The notes below the pieces were generated by a model that was given only the letters and a program-made list of their open reading frames with translations, had not been told where the DNA came from and did not search any database. A DNA stretch of 64,000 nt from Candidatus Binatia bacterium (lineage in GTDB: Bacteria; Desulfobacterota; Binatia; Bin18). The DNA is taken from NCBI GenBank assembly GCA_963664395.2, contig OY761159.2, forward strand, positions 3,520,001 to 3,584,000, written 5' to 3'. Position 1 is the first letter of the stretch, and each line of letters begins with the position of its first letter. Positions 50,658-60,957 of this stretch are shown one piece after another. The position numbers and the translations under genes are program-made.

Positions 50658-51143
50658 TCAGCCCTGTAGCAATTTGAGCAGAGCCACAACCACCCCACCC
50701 TGGGCAATCAGCGCCCCCATCATCCACTTGAGCAGATCGGATTTGACCTCGGCCATATCAGCCTTGGTCCCCAGGCGCAGGGCTTCAATATCGGCCTTGG
50801 TCCCCAGGCGCAGGGCTTCAATATCAGCCTTGGTTTCTTGGCGCAGGGCTTCAATATCCCGCTGGACCCCGGCGATACTGGTCTTGGTTTCTTGGCGCAG
50901 GGCTTCAATATCCCGTTTGACCCCGACGATACTGGTCTTGGTCTCCTGGCGCAGGACTTCAATATCCCGTTTGACCCCGACGATCTCTCGTTGGATTGCG
51001 GCAACATCGGCTTGGGTGGCAAGATTGGTGTTGAGCAGATGGACCTGCTCGTCGGCCAGGACTTCGGCCTGCTGCTCGGTAAAGCCGTTCTCGGTCAAAT
51101 GCTTGACGAACCGATGGGTGTCAAAGGCAATCGCTTCGGACAT
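50658..51143 (-). CDS. DUF1640/CCDC90-like protein, probably leaderless
   Basis: FDTHRFVKHLTENGFTEQQAE head, DIEALRQETK repeats, LLKWMMG TM; TG-C-TATAGT 7 nt before ATG. Confidence 0.88.
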   Translation of the reverse strand: MSEAIAFDTHRFVKHLTENGFTEQQAEVLADEQVHLLNTNLATQADVAAIQREIVGVKRDIEVLRQETKTSIVGVKRDIEALRQETKTSIAGVQRDIEALRQETKADIEALRLGTKADIEALRLGTKADMAEVKSDLLKWMMGALIAQGGVVVALLKLLQG

Positions 51144-51369
51144 GGGGCGGGACTATAGCATATTCCAAGCGAGCGGGGCAGCCCCGTAGGCTGCCCTACT
51201 CCCCGGAAAAACGGCTGATATCGATCACCGCGCGTTCGTGCAGACCCTCACCAATCTTGGTACCTTCAGGGGGCCGGGGTGGGTTCTTTTTTGCACCAGA
51301 CGTTGACATGCGAGTGTCTATACAGAGAAGCTCTACTGTAGGGACGTGAGAGGACGGTTGAGAGGCTCA

Positions 51370-52710
51370 ATGCGTATTGTCCAGGTTGTCAACGGTTTGC
51401 CGCCGGAATATCTGGGGGGGACCGAAACCTATGCCGATTCTCTGGCAAAAGAACTCGTTCGGCAGGGCCATGCGGTCTCGGTTTTTGCGCGTCGTGAGAA
51501 CCAGCCTGAGTATCAGGTGGAAACGACCACGGTTGAGAATGTCGAGATTACGCGCGTCAATCATACCGAGAGCAAAACATTTGCGGATAGTTACCGCAAT
51601 GAACGTATTGCGGCCCGTTTTGGGGAGTTCCTGGACCGTTTCAGGCCGGATGTGGTTCACTTCCAACATCTGGTCTATCTGTCAACAACGTGCGTTCAGG
51701 AGGCAGTCCGGCGTCAGATTCCGGTGGTGATGACGCTGCATGACTACTGGCTGATCTGTCAACGTGGCCGGTTTCTGAAACCGGATTTATCGGTGTGCCC
51801 CGGACAAACCGATACCGGCTGTGCTCAATGCTTCAGCCATTTGCTCGATAGAAAAATTTCGACCATTCATCACTGGCTGAAACCAGTTCTCGGCCAACAA
51901 TCCCGGCTCAGAGAGCAGTTGCGGCGTTGGTACGGCAAACACGCCGGCTCGTGGCCCGTCTCGCTTGCGGCCCGGCAACAGGTTCAGACCCGTATGGCTC
52001 ATATCCGTGCGCTGTGTGAGGCGGTCTCGCTGTTTTTGGCTCCCTCGCGTTTCCTGCGCGAACAGTTTGTGGCTTTTGGCGTGCCGGAAGAGAAAATTCT
52101 GTTTCACGAGTGCGGCTTGCAGACGGAACATATTCGTCCGGTTGAGAAAAGCGTGGGGAAAGCGCCGCTCGTCTTTGGCTATATCGGCGTGGTTGACCCG
52201 GTGAAAGGCGTCCATCTGTTGGTTGAAGCCTTTCAGACTTTGCCTCACGCACAGCTGCGTATTTACGGAGGGGAGGCGTCCTATGCGCCCTATCCTGATG
52301 AAAAACACTTTCGCTCCCAGCTTGCCAACTCGCCCCATATTCGGTGCATGGGACGCTACGCACAGCATGAACTCAGTCGCATTCTGGCCGAGGTGGATGT
52401 CGTCATCGTGCCTTCGATCTGGTATGAAAATGCTCCGCTCGTGATTCGGGAGGCATTTCTGGCGCAGAAGCCGGTTATTACTGCCGACTTTGGGGGTATG
52501 CGCGAGTGGGTAACGGATGGGGTAAACGGACTCCTGTTTCAGCCGCGTGATATCGATGACCTGCGTCAAAAGATGAACCGTTTTATTACAGAACCGGATT
52601 TGGTCGCTCGGCTCTCACAAGCATTTCCAGATGTCAGATCAATTGCCGAAGACGCCGCGCTGCTCGAACAACACTATCGGCGTCTTCTGCAGGACTCCCG
52701 GTGCTCATGA
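51370..52710 (+). CDS. GT4 glycosyltransferase
   Basis: GGTETY, TLHDYWLIC, PSIWYENAPLVIREA. Confidence 0.9.
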   Translation: MRIVQVVNGLPPEYLGGTETYADSLAKELVRQGHAVSVFARRENQPEYQVETTTVENVEITRVNHTESKTFADSYRNERIAARFGEFLDRFRPDVVHFQHLVYLSTTCVQEAVRRQIPVVMTLHDYWLICQRGRFLKPDLSVCPGQTDTGCAQCFSHLLDRKISTIHHWLKPVLGQQSRLREQLRRWYGKHAGSWPVSLAARQQVQTRMAHIRALCEAVSLFLAPSRFLREQFVAFGVPEEKILFHECGLQTEHIRPVEKSVGKAPLVFGYIGVVDPVKGVHLLVEAFQTLPHAQLRIYGGEASYAPYPDEKHFRSQLANSPHIRCMGRYAQHELSRILAEVDVVIVPSIWYENAPLVIREAFLAQKPVITADFGGMREWVTDGVNGLLFQPRDIDDLRQKMNRFITEPDLVARLSQAFPDVRSIAEDAALLEQHYRRLLQDSRCS

Positions 52711-53738
52711 CGCTCTCGCTGACCATTCCGTGCCGAGCGGATGAACCGGACCTGGGCAGCACGCTGGAGAGCCTGTTGACGGCCTGTCTCTCCCCGCAAC
52801 TTCCGGTCGGCTGTGTCCGAGAACTGCTCATCTGCATCAATGGGGTCGGCCCGGACCGGGCCTGTCCTGAGCCGAGTCGAAGGGCCTGTCCGCCACTGTT
52901 GGCGGTTCGGGATTTTTGTACTCGTCACGCCCTGCCGGTACAGGAGATTGAACTTTCTTCTCAAAGTCAACCAGCTCAACCAGCTCAACAAGAGCAGGCT
53001 CACCAGTCTTCTCCGGGGGCTGATGGGGCCTTGACGTGTCGCATCCTGCTGGCGGCCTGGCGGGGGAAACCCAGGGCCATGAACGCCTTGTGGCAGTGGG
53101 CCTGCGGAGAGCTGCTGCTGTTCTGTGATGCCGATGTTCGGGTTGACCCGCAGGCGCTTGCACACTTGTACGCCCAATTGCAGACAGAACCGCAGGTGGG
53201 GCTTGTGGCCGCGCGTGAAACCCCGATTCTGGAGGCTGGGTCAAGTATCTGGAGCCGGATGGGCGCACTGCCGTATCGATTTAACTTTGGCAATGCCGGC
53301 GGACGCCTCTTCCTGATACGCAAAGACGCCCTGAGCGGACCCATGCCGGAAGACTTGCTGCTGGAAGATGCCTGGCTGACGGTTGCGGTCGGCAAACAGC
53401 GCGTGCGTAAAGCCATGCAGGCGCAGGTGTTCTTTGTGCTTCCGCGGACCTGGCGCGATTATTTTGCTGAGCGGGTGCGCGCCGAGGGCGGCAAAATACA
53501 GCTCCGGCGGCAGCATGCCCACTTGCTCGAAAACGGCCCGGTCGCCGAGTATCCCTGGGCCGAGTTCCTGCGCAAAATTCGGATTCGTGAGTACGGGCTG
53601 GCTCTGGTAGCATTGTGCATCCGTGGCTTGGCCAGGGTATGGGCCTGGGGACGTTTGCAGCGGTCCGGGTTTTACACTTTGTACCGGCCCTTTGCGTCAA
53701 CCAAACGCTGGGGTTCAGCAATCCGGTCCCAAAAATGA
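52707..53738 (+). CDS. GT2 glycosyltransferase
   Basis: GKPRAMN, FCDADV, LEDAWL. Confidence 0.8.
   Translation: MTLSLTIPCRADEPDLGSTLESLLTACLSPQLPVGCVRELLICINGVGPDRACPEPSRRACPPLLAVRDFCTRHALPVQEIELSSQSQPAQPAQQEQAHQSSPGADGALTCRILLAAWRGKPRAMNALWQWACGELLLFCDADVRVDPQALAHLYAQLQTEPQVGLVAARETPILEAGSSIWSRMGALPYRFNFGNAGGRLFLIRKDALSGPMPEDLLLEDAWLTVAVGKQRVRKAMQAQVFFVLPRTWRDYFAERVRAEGGKIQLRRQHAHLLENGPVAEYPWAEFLRKIRIREYGLALVALCIRGLARVWAWGRLQRSGFYTLYRPFASTKRWGSAIRSQK
52860..52883. repeat. family C element inserted in frame
   Basis: GCCTGTCCTGAGCCGAGTCGAAGG encodes ACPEPSRR. Confidence 0.75.
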
Positions 53739-54556
53739 AGGTCTCGGTTGTCATCCTGGTTTGGAATTCTGCGTCTACGATTGAGACCTGTCTGGCCTCG
53801 CTGCCTGCCGGTTTGACGGTCAGCCACGAGGTGATTGTGGTGGATAATGGCTCACAGGATCAGACGGTGTCCTTGTTGAGAGGCCGCTTCCCGCAGGTCC
53901 GTATTATTGCGAATCGGAAAAACCGTGGGGTTGCGCCTGCGCGGAATCAGGGCCTGCGCTGCGCGCGCGGAGAATACGTCCTCATCCTGGATGACGATAC
54001 GATTATTCACCCCAGCGCGTTGGACCGGCTCGTTCAGGTGCTCGACTCCCAGCCGCAGGTTGGTCTGTGCGGCCCCAAACTCATTGATGCCGAGGGGCGG
54101 CTCAGTCTGTCGTGTCGCCTGTTTCCGACGCTCCCGGACAAACTCGGGCGTCGTTTTCCGTCCGTTCTCACCCGTAAGGCTGCCCGTCAAATAGAGTTGG
54201 CCGAGTTGGCGGACTGGGCGCATGATACGCTGCGTCCGGTTGACTATGTGATTGGTGCCTGCCAACTCATCCGCCGGCGGGCGCTTGAGGAGGTCGGCTT
54301 GCTGGACGAACGCATCTTTTACGGCCCGGAAGACGTGGATTTGTGTGTGCGTATGTACCAGGCCGGCTGGCAGGTGGTGTACCAGCCGGCTGCGGTGGTG
54401 ACGCATGCCGAGCAACGCCGCGCCCGGTCAGCCTTCTCGCGTCTGGGCTGGAAACATCTGCGCGGCCTTGCCTACTACTTCTGGAAGCATAGGTATATAT
54501 TCTCTCGTCAGACCCTGTACGCGCGATTTCCAAACGAGCAGAGTGACACGCTGTGA
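53735..54556 (+). CDS. GT2 (WbbL-like)
   Basis: VDNGSQD, NRG...ARNQG, LDDD, GAC, FYGPEDVDLC. Confidence 0.9.
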   Translation: MKVSVVILVWNSASTIETCLASLPAGLTVSHEVIVVDNGSQDQTVSLLRGRFPQVRIIANRKNRGVAPARNQGLRCARGEYVLILDDDTIIHPSALDRLVQVLDSQPQVGLCGPKLIDAEGRLSLSCRLFPTLPDKLGRRFPSVLTRKAARQIELAELADWAHDTLRPVDYVIGACQLIRRRALEEVGLLDERIFYGPEDVDLCVRMYQAGWQVVYQPAAVVTHAEQRRARSAFSRLGWKHLRGLAYYFWKHRYIFSRQTLYARFPNEQSDTL

Positions 54557-55980
54557 AACTCGTACACCGGTTACGACGAAGAAATGACCAGGCCGTTCTG
54601 TTGCTGCTTGTGCTGGCCGACCTGGCGTGGGCCGGCATTGCGTATGGGAGTGCCTTTTCCCTGCGCGTCTATCTGCCCTTTCCGTTGACGGCCGATCTCC
54701 TGCCGGCGTCCCGTTTTACCGAGGTCACTCACCCGTTCCTTTTTCTCCTGGGTACGCAGGTTGCGTTACTGTATTTTTTCGGCTTTTACGACCGGCCGGT
54801 ACTCAGCCCCCGCGCCCGTCTGGCGACGCGGGTGGCGACCGCCCTTGGGGTCCAACTGCTGGCCACCGCGTCCTGGTATTTTTTTCGCGGTGACCTGTCC
54901 TTCCCGCGCTCCGTCCTGGTTGTCTTTTGGGTATTTAATACCCTGGGCGTTGTTGGGGTGCGGCTCTGGGTGCAGCAGCGTCTGGGGCAATCCAGTCCGG
55001 TGCGTATCCTGCTGATTGGCACGGCGCGGGACGTGCGGATGTTTCTCACCAGCCTGACGGACCTCCGCCCGTTTCCAAGCCCGGCTGTTGTTGGCGCAAT
55101 CGGGTTGGAGGAATCCGCCTGTCATCCGCCTGAAGAGGTGGGTATTCCGTGGCTGGGCAGGATGGATCATCTGCCCCGGATTCTCGAACAGATAGAGGTC
55201 GATGAGGTGATTCTCCTGTCGCCCACAAGTTGGAAGGATACGCTGGTTGATCGGCTGTTGAATCTGCCGACCGGCCACCTGGCATCCGAACGCCCGCGCG
55301 TACTGGTGGTCCCCTCGGTCTATGACATTCTGGTCGGGCGCGTTTCGTCCGTGCGTCTGCACGATGTCCCCCTGGTCGAGGTGCTGAAAAATCCGCGTGA
55401 AGAAATGGCCTTTCTCCTGAAAAGTGTCAGCGATCGTTTTGCCGTCGGCGTCCTGCTGGTCCTGTGTTTGCCGCTGGTATGTGTGGCCGCCGGCCTGGTC
55501 AAGCTCTCGTCGTCAGGACCGATGCTGTACCGGCAACGCCGGGTGGGGAGACATGGAAAAGAATTTACCCTGTATAAACTGCGCACGATGGTCCATGAGG
55601 CCGAAGCCCGGACCGGACCGGTGCTGGCCCGCTCGGATGATAACCGGGTGACGCCGGTTGGTCGTCTGCTGCGTGCCACCCGGATTGACGAAATCCCTCA
55701 GCTCTTCAATGTCCTCAACGGCTCCATGAGTCTGGTCGGCCCCCGCCCGGAGCGGCCTGAATTCGTGGCCGAGTTTCAGCAGACTATTCCCGGTTATGCG
55801 GAACGCTTGCAGGTCAAACCGGGCCTGACCGGTCTGGCCCAGGTCAACGGGGGATACCACACCACGCCCGAGTATAAGCTGAAATACGATTTGGCCTATA
55901 TCTATAATTATTCGCTGTGGTTGGACGTCCGGGTGTTGACGGAGACAGTCAAGGTCATCCTGACCAAGCGGGGCGTATAG
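54553..55980 (+). CDS. undecaprenyl-phosphate sugar-1-phosphate transferase (WcaJ/WbaP family)
   Basis: YKLRTM, IDEIPQLFNVL.G.MSLVGPRPE, KPGLTGLAQV. Confidence 0.93.
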   Translation: MKLVHRLRRRNDQAVLLLLVLADLAWAGIAYGSAFSLRVYLPFPLTADLLPASRFTEVTHPFLFLLGTQVALLYFFGFYDRPVLSPRARLATRVATALGVQLLATASWYFFRGDLSFPRSVLVVFWVFNTLGVVGVRLWVQQRLGQSSPVRILLIGTARDVRMFLTSLTDLRPFPSPAVVGAIGLEESACHPPEEVGIPWLGRMDHLPRILEQIEVDEVILLSPTSWKDTLVDRLLNLPTGHLASERPRVLVVPSVYDILVGRVSSVRLHDVPLVEVLKNPREEMAFLLKSVSDRFAVGVLLVLCLPLVCVAAGLVKLSSSGPMLYRQRRVGRHGKEFTLYKLRTMVHEAEARTGPVLARSDDNRVTPVGRLLRATRIDEIPQLFNVLNGSMSLVGPRPERPEFVAEFQQTIPGYAERLQVKPGLTGLAQVNGGYHTTPEYKLKYDLAYIYNYSLWLDVRVLTETVKVILTKRGV

Positions 55981-55982
55981 GA

Positions 55983-57260
55983 GTGGCCCCAGCGCAATGT
56001 CAGCCGCAACGGTGGCAGTGGGAGGAATCTCTCCGGGCCGGCCTGCTGGTCCTGTTCTTTGCAACCTGGAATCTGCCCATTGCCTTTCAGCAAACCGCGC
56101 TGGGCTGTCTGCTGGCCTTCCTGGGCTATACGCTGTGGCAGACTCGGGCTCTTCCCCGGACTCCGTTGCAGCGGCCCTTCTTGTTTTTTTTGGGTGCCCT
56201 CCTGGTCTCAACGGTCTTGAGCCCTGACCCGTTTCAGTCCCTCCTCGCGTATCGGAAACTGTGGCTCATGGGCGGCTGTCTGGCGGTCTTTGTGCTGGTC
56301 CGGGACAGGCGGGAGGTGGAAAAAGTGCTGACCGTGGCGCTCTGGGTGGCCGGCGTGGTGGCCGCGTACAGCATTGTGCAGCATTTTAGCGGGCTTGATC
56401 TGGCCAAAACCCTGGTTGGCAAAGAGTCGAATCTCGATCCGTTCTGGTTTGGCCGCCAGGAAGGCTACCGGGTGAAAGGGCTGCATCCGTCCGGGATTAC
56501 CTATGCGCATGCCCTGCTCTTTCCGCTCGGCCTGATCACCGCCTGGGGACTGTCTCCCCGGCTGCCCAAAGCGCAGCGCCTCCTGCTTGGGGTGGGGTGG
56601 GCGCTCATGCTGTTTGCCCTGTTTTTCTCCCTCACACGCGGAGTCTGGGTCGCCTACGGCGTGCTGCTGCTGCTGTGTGGGCTGGTGCGGGGCCGCCGCG
56701 CCTGGCTGGTTGGCGGCGTGGCGGTGTGCGGTCTGATCTTCGTCAGTGCCGGGCCGGGGGTGCGCGAACGTGGCCTCTCGATCCTGGACTTTCAGGCCAA
56801 TACCGGCCGCAGCCAGATCTGGCTGGCGAATATGGATATGATCAAAGAACGTCCGCTCACCGGCTGGGGGTTTGGGAACTACAGGCAGTTTCGGGAGGAT
56901 TTTTATCAGCGCTATCCCGACGCGGACACGGATGCGCACGCGCACAATAATTTTCTTCAGATGTGGGTTGATGCCGGTCTTATCGGCCTGGTGGCATTTC
57001 TCTTTCTGGTCGGCTCGATTATCGTAATGGGCTGGCGTGCCTATGCGAGACAACGCGCCGAGCCGCTGAAAAGCCTGACCTTGGGCTGCTGGCTCGGCCT
57101 GGTCGGTTTTCTGATTGGCGGCCTGACCCAGTATAACTGGGGGGATGCCGAAGTCGCGCTGGTGTGGTGGGCGCTGGTCGGGCTGATGATGCGGGTGTCA
57201 AATTTTGTTGAGGAGACTGAAAAAAGGGCCTTGTCAGAGACAGCCGCCCCGATAAGCTGA
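55983..57260 (+). CDS. O-antigen ligase / oligosaccharyltransferase (Wzy_C) family
   Basis: Multi-TM, SLTRG, R.QIW, P.TGWG, HAHNNFLQ. Confidence 0.88.
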   Translation: MAPAQCQPQRWQWEESLRAGLLVLFFATWNLPIAFQQTALGCLLAFLGYTLWQTRALPRTPLQRPFLFFLGALLVSTVLSPDPFQSLLAYRKLWLMGGCLAVFVLVRDRREVEKVLTVALWVAGVVAAYSIVQHFSGLDLAKTLVGKESNLDPFWFGRQEGYRVKGLHPSGITYAHALLFPLGLITAWGLSPRLPKAQRLLLGVGWALMLFALFFSLTRGVWVAYGVLLLLCGLVRGRRAWLVGGVAVCGLIFVSAGPGVRERGLSILDFQANTGRSQIWLANMDMIKERPLTGWGFGNYRQFREDFYQRYPDADTDAHAHNNFLQMWVDAGLIGLVAFLFLVGSIIVMGWRAYARQRAEPLKSLTLGCWLGLVGFLIGGLTQYNWGDAEVALVWWALVGLMMRVSNFVEETEKRALSETAAPIS

Positions 57261-57270
57261 AACGTGACGC

Positions 57271-59059
57271 ATGCAACGTCTGTGGGGCTATATTTATCAA
57301 TACCGGTATCGGTATTTGCGAGGAATCGCATGTCTCGTTATGACGGCTACCCTGGCCATGTCCATCCCGTGGCTGCTCAAGCAGGCGGTCGAAGGGATCG
57401 AGCACGGCCGGCCGTTCAGCGAGGTCTCGTCTACGGTGCTGCTCATTATCGGGATTGCCCTGCTACAGGGTGTTGTCCGCTCCTTTTCGCGCTTTCTCAT
57501 CTTCAACGTTGGGCGTGATATCGAGTACCAACTCCGCAACGAGCTGTTTGCCCATTTGCAGACCCTCTCCCTGAGCTATTACCAGCGCCAGCCCATTGGC
57601 GACCTCATGTCACGCCTGGTCAATGACGTGACCGCGGTGCGTCTGCTGCTCGGCCTGGGCATCATTAACATCCTGAATACCCCCCTGTATTACGTGTATG
57701 CCATGTCGGCCATGCTGGCCATGGACCCGGTCCTGACCCTGTTGGCGGTGGCTCCCTATCCCTTCATGTTTCTGCTGGTCAGAACGATGAGCCGCCAACT
57801 CATGGAGCGAACGCTCAACGTCCAGGCCGGTCTCGCCGACCTGTCGAGTCGCGTCCAGGAAAGCGTCAGCGGCATCCATGTCATTCGGGCCTATGTGCGT
57901 GAGGCGTGGCAGAATGACGTGTTTGCCAGGCTGAATGACGGCTTCAAGACTGAGAGTATCGCCCTGGCGCGCATCCGCGGCCTGTTTCCGCCGCTGATGA
58001 AAGGCGTGTCCGGAACGGGGCTGTGCGTGGTGTTATGGTACGGCGGCTCAAAAGTCATTGCCGGTCAGCTCAGTCTGGGTGACCTGGTTGCGTTTATGGG
58101 CTATCTCCACCTGCTGGCCTGGCCGACCATGGCTATGGGCTGGCTGATCTCCCTCTATCAGCGTGGCAAGGCCGCCATGCAGCGCCTGGAGGTGATTTGG
58201 CAAACCCAGCCTGACCTCGTAGACGGCACGGGGAACGGCGTGCGTCCGGAGTGCACACCCGGTGCGCGGCGAGATTGGGTTTCGGCACGTGGATTTTGCC
58301 TATCCGTCCGACGGGCAGCAGCCGGGCAGTGGCATGGGCAACGGACATCCATCTGACCGGCGCCCCGTCCTGCACGATATTACGTTCACTGTCCCGGCCG
58401 GAAAAACGGTTGCCATTGTCGGTCGTATGGGAGCGGGCAAGAGTAGCCTGGTCAATCTGCTGCCGCGTTTGTTCGATGTCTCACACGGCGCTATCACTAT
58501 TGACGGCCGCGATATTCGGCTCTTCTCACTGGCCGAGCTCCGGCGCTGTATCGGTTTTGTGCCCCAGGAGCCTTTTCTCTTTTCGACCCGCATTCAGGAT
58601 AATATTGCCTTTTCTCAACCTGAGGTAGAAGTCGCCGGCGTCCGCCGGGCGGCTGCCTTGGCGAGTGTTGACGGCGAGGTTGAGGAGTTGCCCAAAGGCT
58701 ATGAGACCGTCATTGGTGAGCGGGGGATGACGCTGTCGGGCGGGCAAAAGCAGCGCCTGACGCTGTCTCGGGCCTTATTGGCTGACACGCCTATACTCGT
58801 CCTGGATGACGCACTGTCCAGTGTGGATACGAAAACCGAGCGTGATATTCTCCAGGCGTTACGGACCGGTACCACGGAAAAGACGGTGCTCATCATTTCG
58901 CACCGGGTGTCTGCCGTACGCGATGCCGACCTCATCGTCGTCCTGGACGAGGGCCGGGTCGTCGAGAGGGGAACGCACGCGGACTTGGTCGATCAGGGGG
59001 GGATCTATACCGAATTATTTCAATATCAGGCCCTGGAAGAGGAACTGGCTGAACTGTGA
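57271..59059 (+). CDS. ABC exporter subunit (TMD+NBD), frameshift ~58255
   Basis: GDLMSR TMD in 57271-58250; GRMGAGKS, LSGGQKQR, LDD in 58262-59059. Confidence 0.85.
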
Positions 59060-60867
59060 ACGAAGGACAACACGAAGCCGCGCTCGGCAAAACCTATGAC
59101 CTGGCGCTCTTGCGCCGCCTGTGGGGCTATGTCCAGCCGTACCGCGCTAAATTCATTATCGCTTTGGTCTGTCTGCCGCTGACCTCTGCCTGTCTCCTGG
59201 CCCAACCGTATCTCCTCAAGTTGGGCGTGGATTGGTATATTGAGCAGGGTGATGCCGCGGGGCTGACGCGCATTGGTCTGCTCTTTGCCGGCGCTTTGCT
59301 CGGGGAGTTTCTTTTCTTCTACGTGCAGTTCCAGGCCACGATGCTGGTCGCCCAGCACAGCCTGGCCGATTTGCGGCGTGACCTGTTTGCCCACGTGCAG
59401 GAACTGCCTTCGAGCTTTTTTGAGCGCACTCCGGTCGGTCGTCTGGTCACCCGTCTGACCACTGATGTGGATGCGATTAACGAAGCGTTTTCTGCCGGGA
59501 CGCTGACCATCTTCATGGACCTCCTGACCTTGACTGGCATTGTCGTCATTATGCTGTCCATCGATTTTCATCTGGCGGTCGTGACGCTGGCCTTACTGCC
59601 GCCCCTGTTGATTGCCCTTAATTTTTTTCGCGTGCGGACGCGGGTGACGTATCGGGTCATCCGGGCCCGCCTGGCGCGCATCAACGCTTTTCTTCAGGAA
59701 ACATTGTCCGGGATCATGGTCGTGCAGGTGTTTGCGCAGGAACGAAAAATGTTTGCCGAGTTTGACCAGCGCAACAGCGATCATCGCGATGCCAACCACT
59801 TGTCCAATATTTATGAGGCCAGTCTGTTTTCCATTGTTGAGGCAATGAGTGTCGTCTCTATTGCGCTCATGCTGTGGTATGGCGCCGGCCAGGTCGGCCA
59901 GGGCCTGGTCGCCCTGGGGACGCTGGTGGCTTTTATCGAATACATCCAGAAGTTCTTTGTGCCTATCCGGGAATTCAGTACAAAATACACGACCATGCAG
60001 TCTGCCATGACGGCCATTGAGCGCGTGTTTCAACTGCTTGACACGCCGGTGACTATTACGTCTCCGCAGGCTGCGTATCAGCCGCCCGAGGTGACGGGAC
60101 GCATAGAATTTGACCACGTCTGGTTTGCGTACACACAAGAGGAGTGGGTGCTGCGGGACGTGTCATTCTCGGTTGCCCCCGGTGAGAGTATTGCCCTGGT
60201 CGGGGCGACCGGCGCCGGCAAGACCACGATCAGCAAGCTGCTCAATCGCTGTCATGACATTCAGCGCGGCCGGATACTGGTGGAGGGCGTAGACATTCGC
60301 GCGTGGGATGTGCACGCCCTGCGCAGCCGGATTGGCGTTGTTTTACAGGACGTCTTCCTGTTTGTTGGCGATGTGGCAACCAATATGAGCCTGGGCCGGA
60401 CCGACCTGGCCCTGGACGACTTGAAGCGCGCCGCGCGGCATGTGAATGCCGCGCACTTTATTCGTGAACTGCCAAACGGCTATCACCAACATCTGTATGA
60501 GCGGGGCGCTAACCTGTCTGCCGGCCAGCGCCAGCTTTTGTCGTTTGCCCGCGCCTTGGCGTATGACCCGGCCATCCTGGTATTGGATGAAGCCACCTCA
60601 AGCGTTGACCCGGAGACCGAAGTGCTCATTCAGGATGCGCTGACGAAGCTGATGCGGAACCGCACGACGCTGGTGATTGCGCATCGATTCTCCACGATTC
60701 GGAATGCCGATCGCATATTAGTCATACACAAGGGGAAGCTGCGAGAAGTCGGCACCCATCAGGAATTGATGCTGCAACGCGGCATCTACTGGCGCTTATA
60801 CCAGTTGCAGTACGCGCGCAGGGTCGATACCCCACAGCCGGGTGGATCTGTCCTGGAAGAAGCCTAA
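59056..60867 (+). CDS. ABC exporter subunit (heterodimer partner)
   Basis: GATGAGKT, LSAGQRQLL, LDEATS, IAHR. Confidence 0.93.
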   Translation: MNEGQHEAALGKTYDLALLRRLWGYVQPYRAKFIIALVCLPLTSACLLAQPYLLKLGVDWYIEQGDAAGLTRIGLLFAGALLGEFLFFYVQFQATMLVAQHSLADLRRDLFAHVQELPSSFFERTPVGRLVTRLTTDVDAINEAFSAGTLTIFMDLLTLTGIVVIMLSIDFHLAVVTLALLPPLLIALNFFRVRTRVTYRVIRARLARINAFLQETLSGIMVVQVFAQERKMFAEFDQRNSDHRDANHLSNIYEASLFSIVEAMSVVSIALMLWYGAGQVGQGLVALGTLVAFIEYIQKFFVPIREFSTKYTTMQSAMTAIERVFQLLDTPVTITSPQAAYQPPEVTGRIEFDHVWFAYTQEEWVLRDVSFSVAPGESIALVGATGAGKTTISKLLNRCHDIQRGRILVEGVDIRAWDVHALRSRIGVVLQDVFLFVGDVATNMSLGRTDLALDDLKRAARHVNAAHFIRELPNGYHQHLYERGANLSAGQRQLLSFARALAYDPAILVLDEATSSVDPETEVLIQDALTKLMRNRTTLVIAHRFSTIRNADRILVIHKGKLREVGTHQELMLQRGIYWRLYQLQYARRVDTPQPGGSVLEEA

Positions 60868-60901
60868 CGGGGCGGCTATGGGAGTGCGGCGCTGGGTCCT
60901 G

Positions 60902-60957
60902 AAATGAGTAAACGTGTCCTCAATAAGACATGAAAATGTTGGCACGTTTACTCATTT
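60902..60957. repeat. family B element containing the predicted start codon of the next gene
   Basis: AAATGAGTAAACGTGTC...GGCACGTTTACTCATTT. Confidence 0.8.

Noticed and set aside
58245-58265. Programmed frameshift or pseudogene in the ABC exporter (also 24447, 32846, 33207, 36790, 37200, 39950)
   Set aside because: No slippery site; isolated indels in otherwise intact genes fit residual long-read errors
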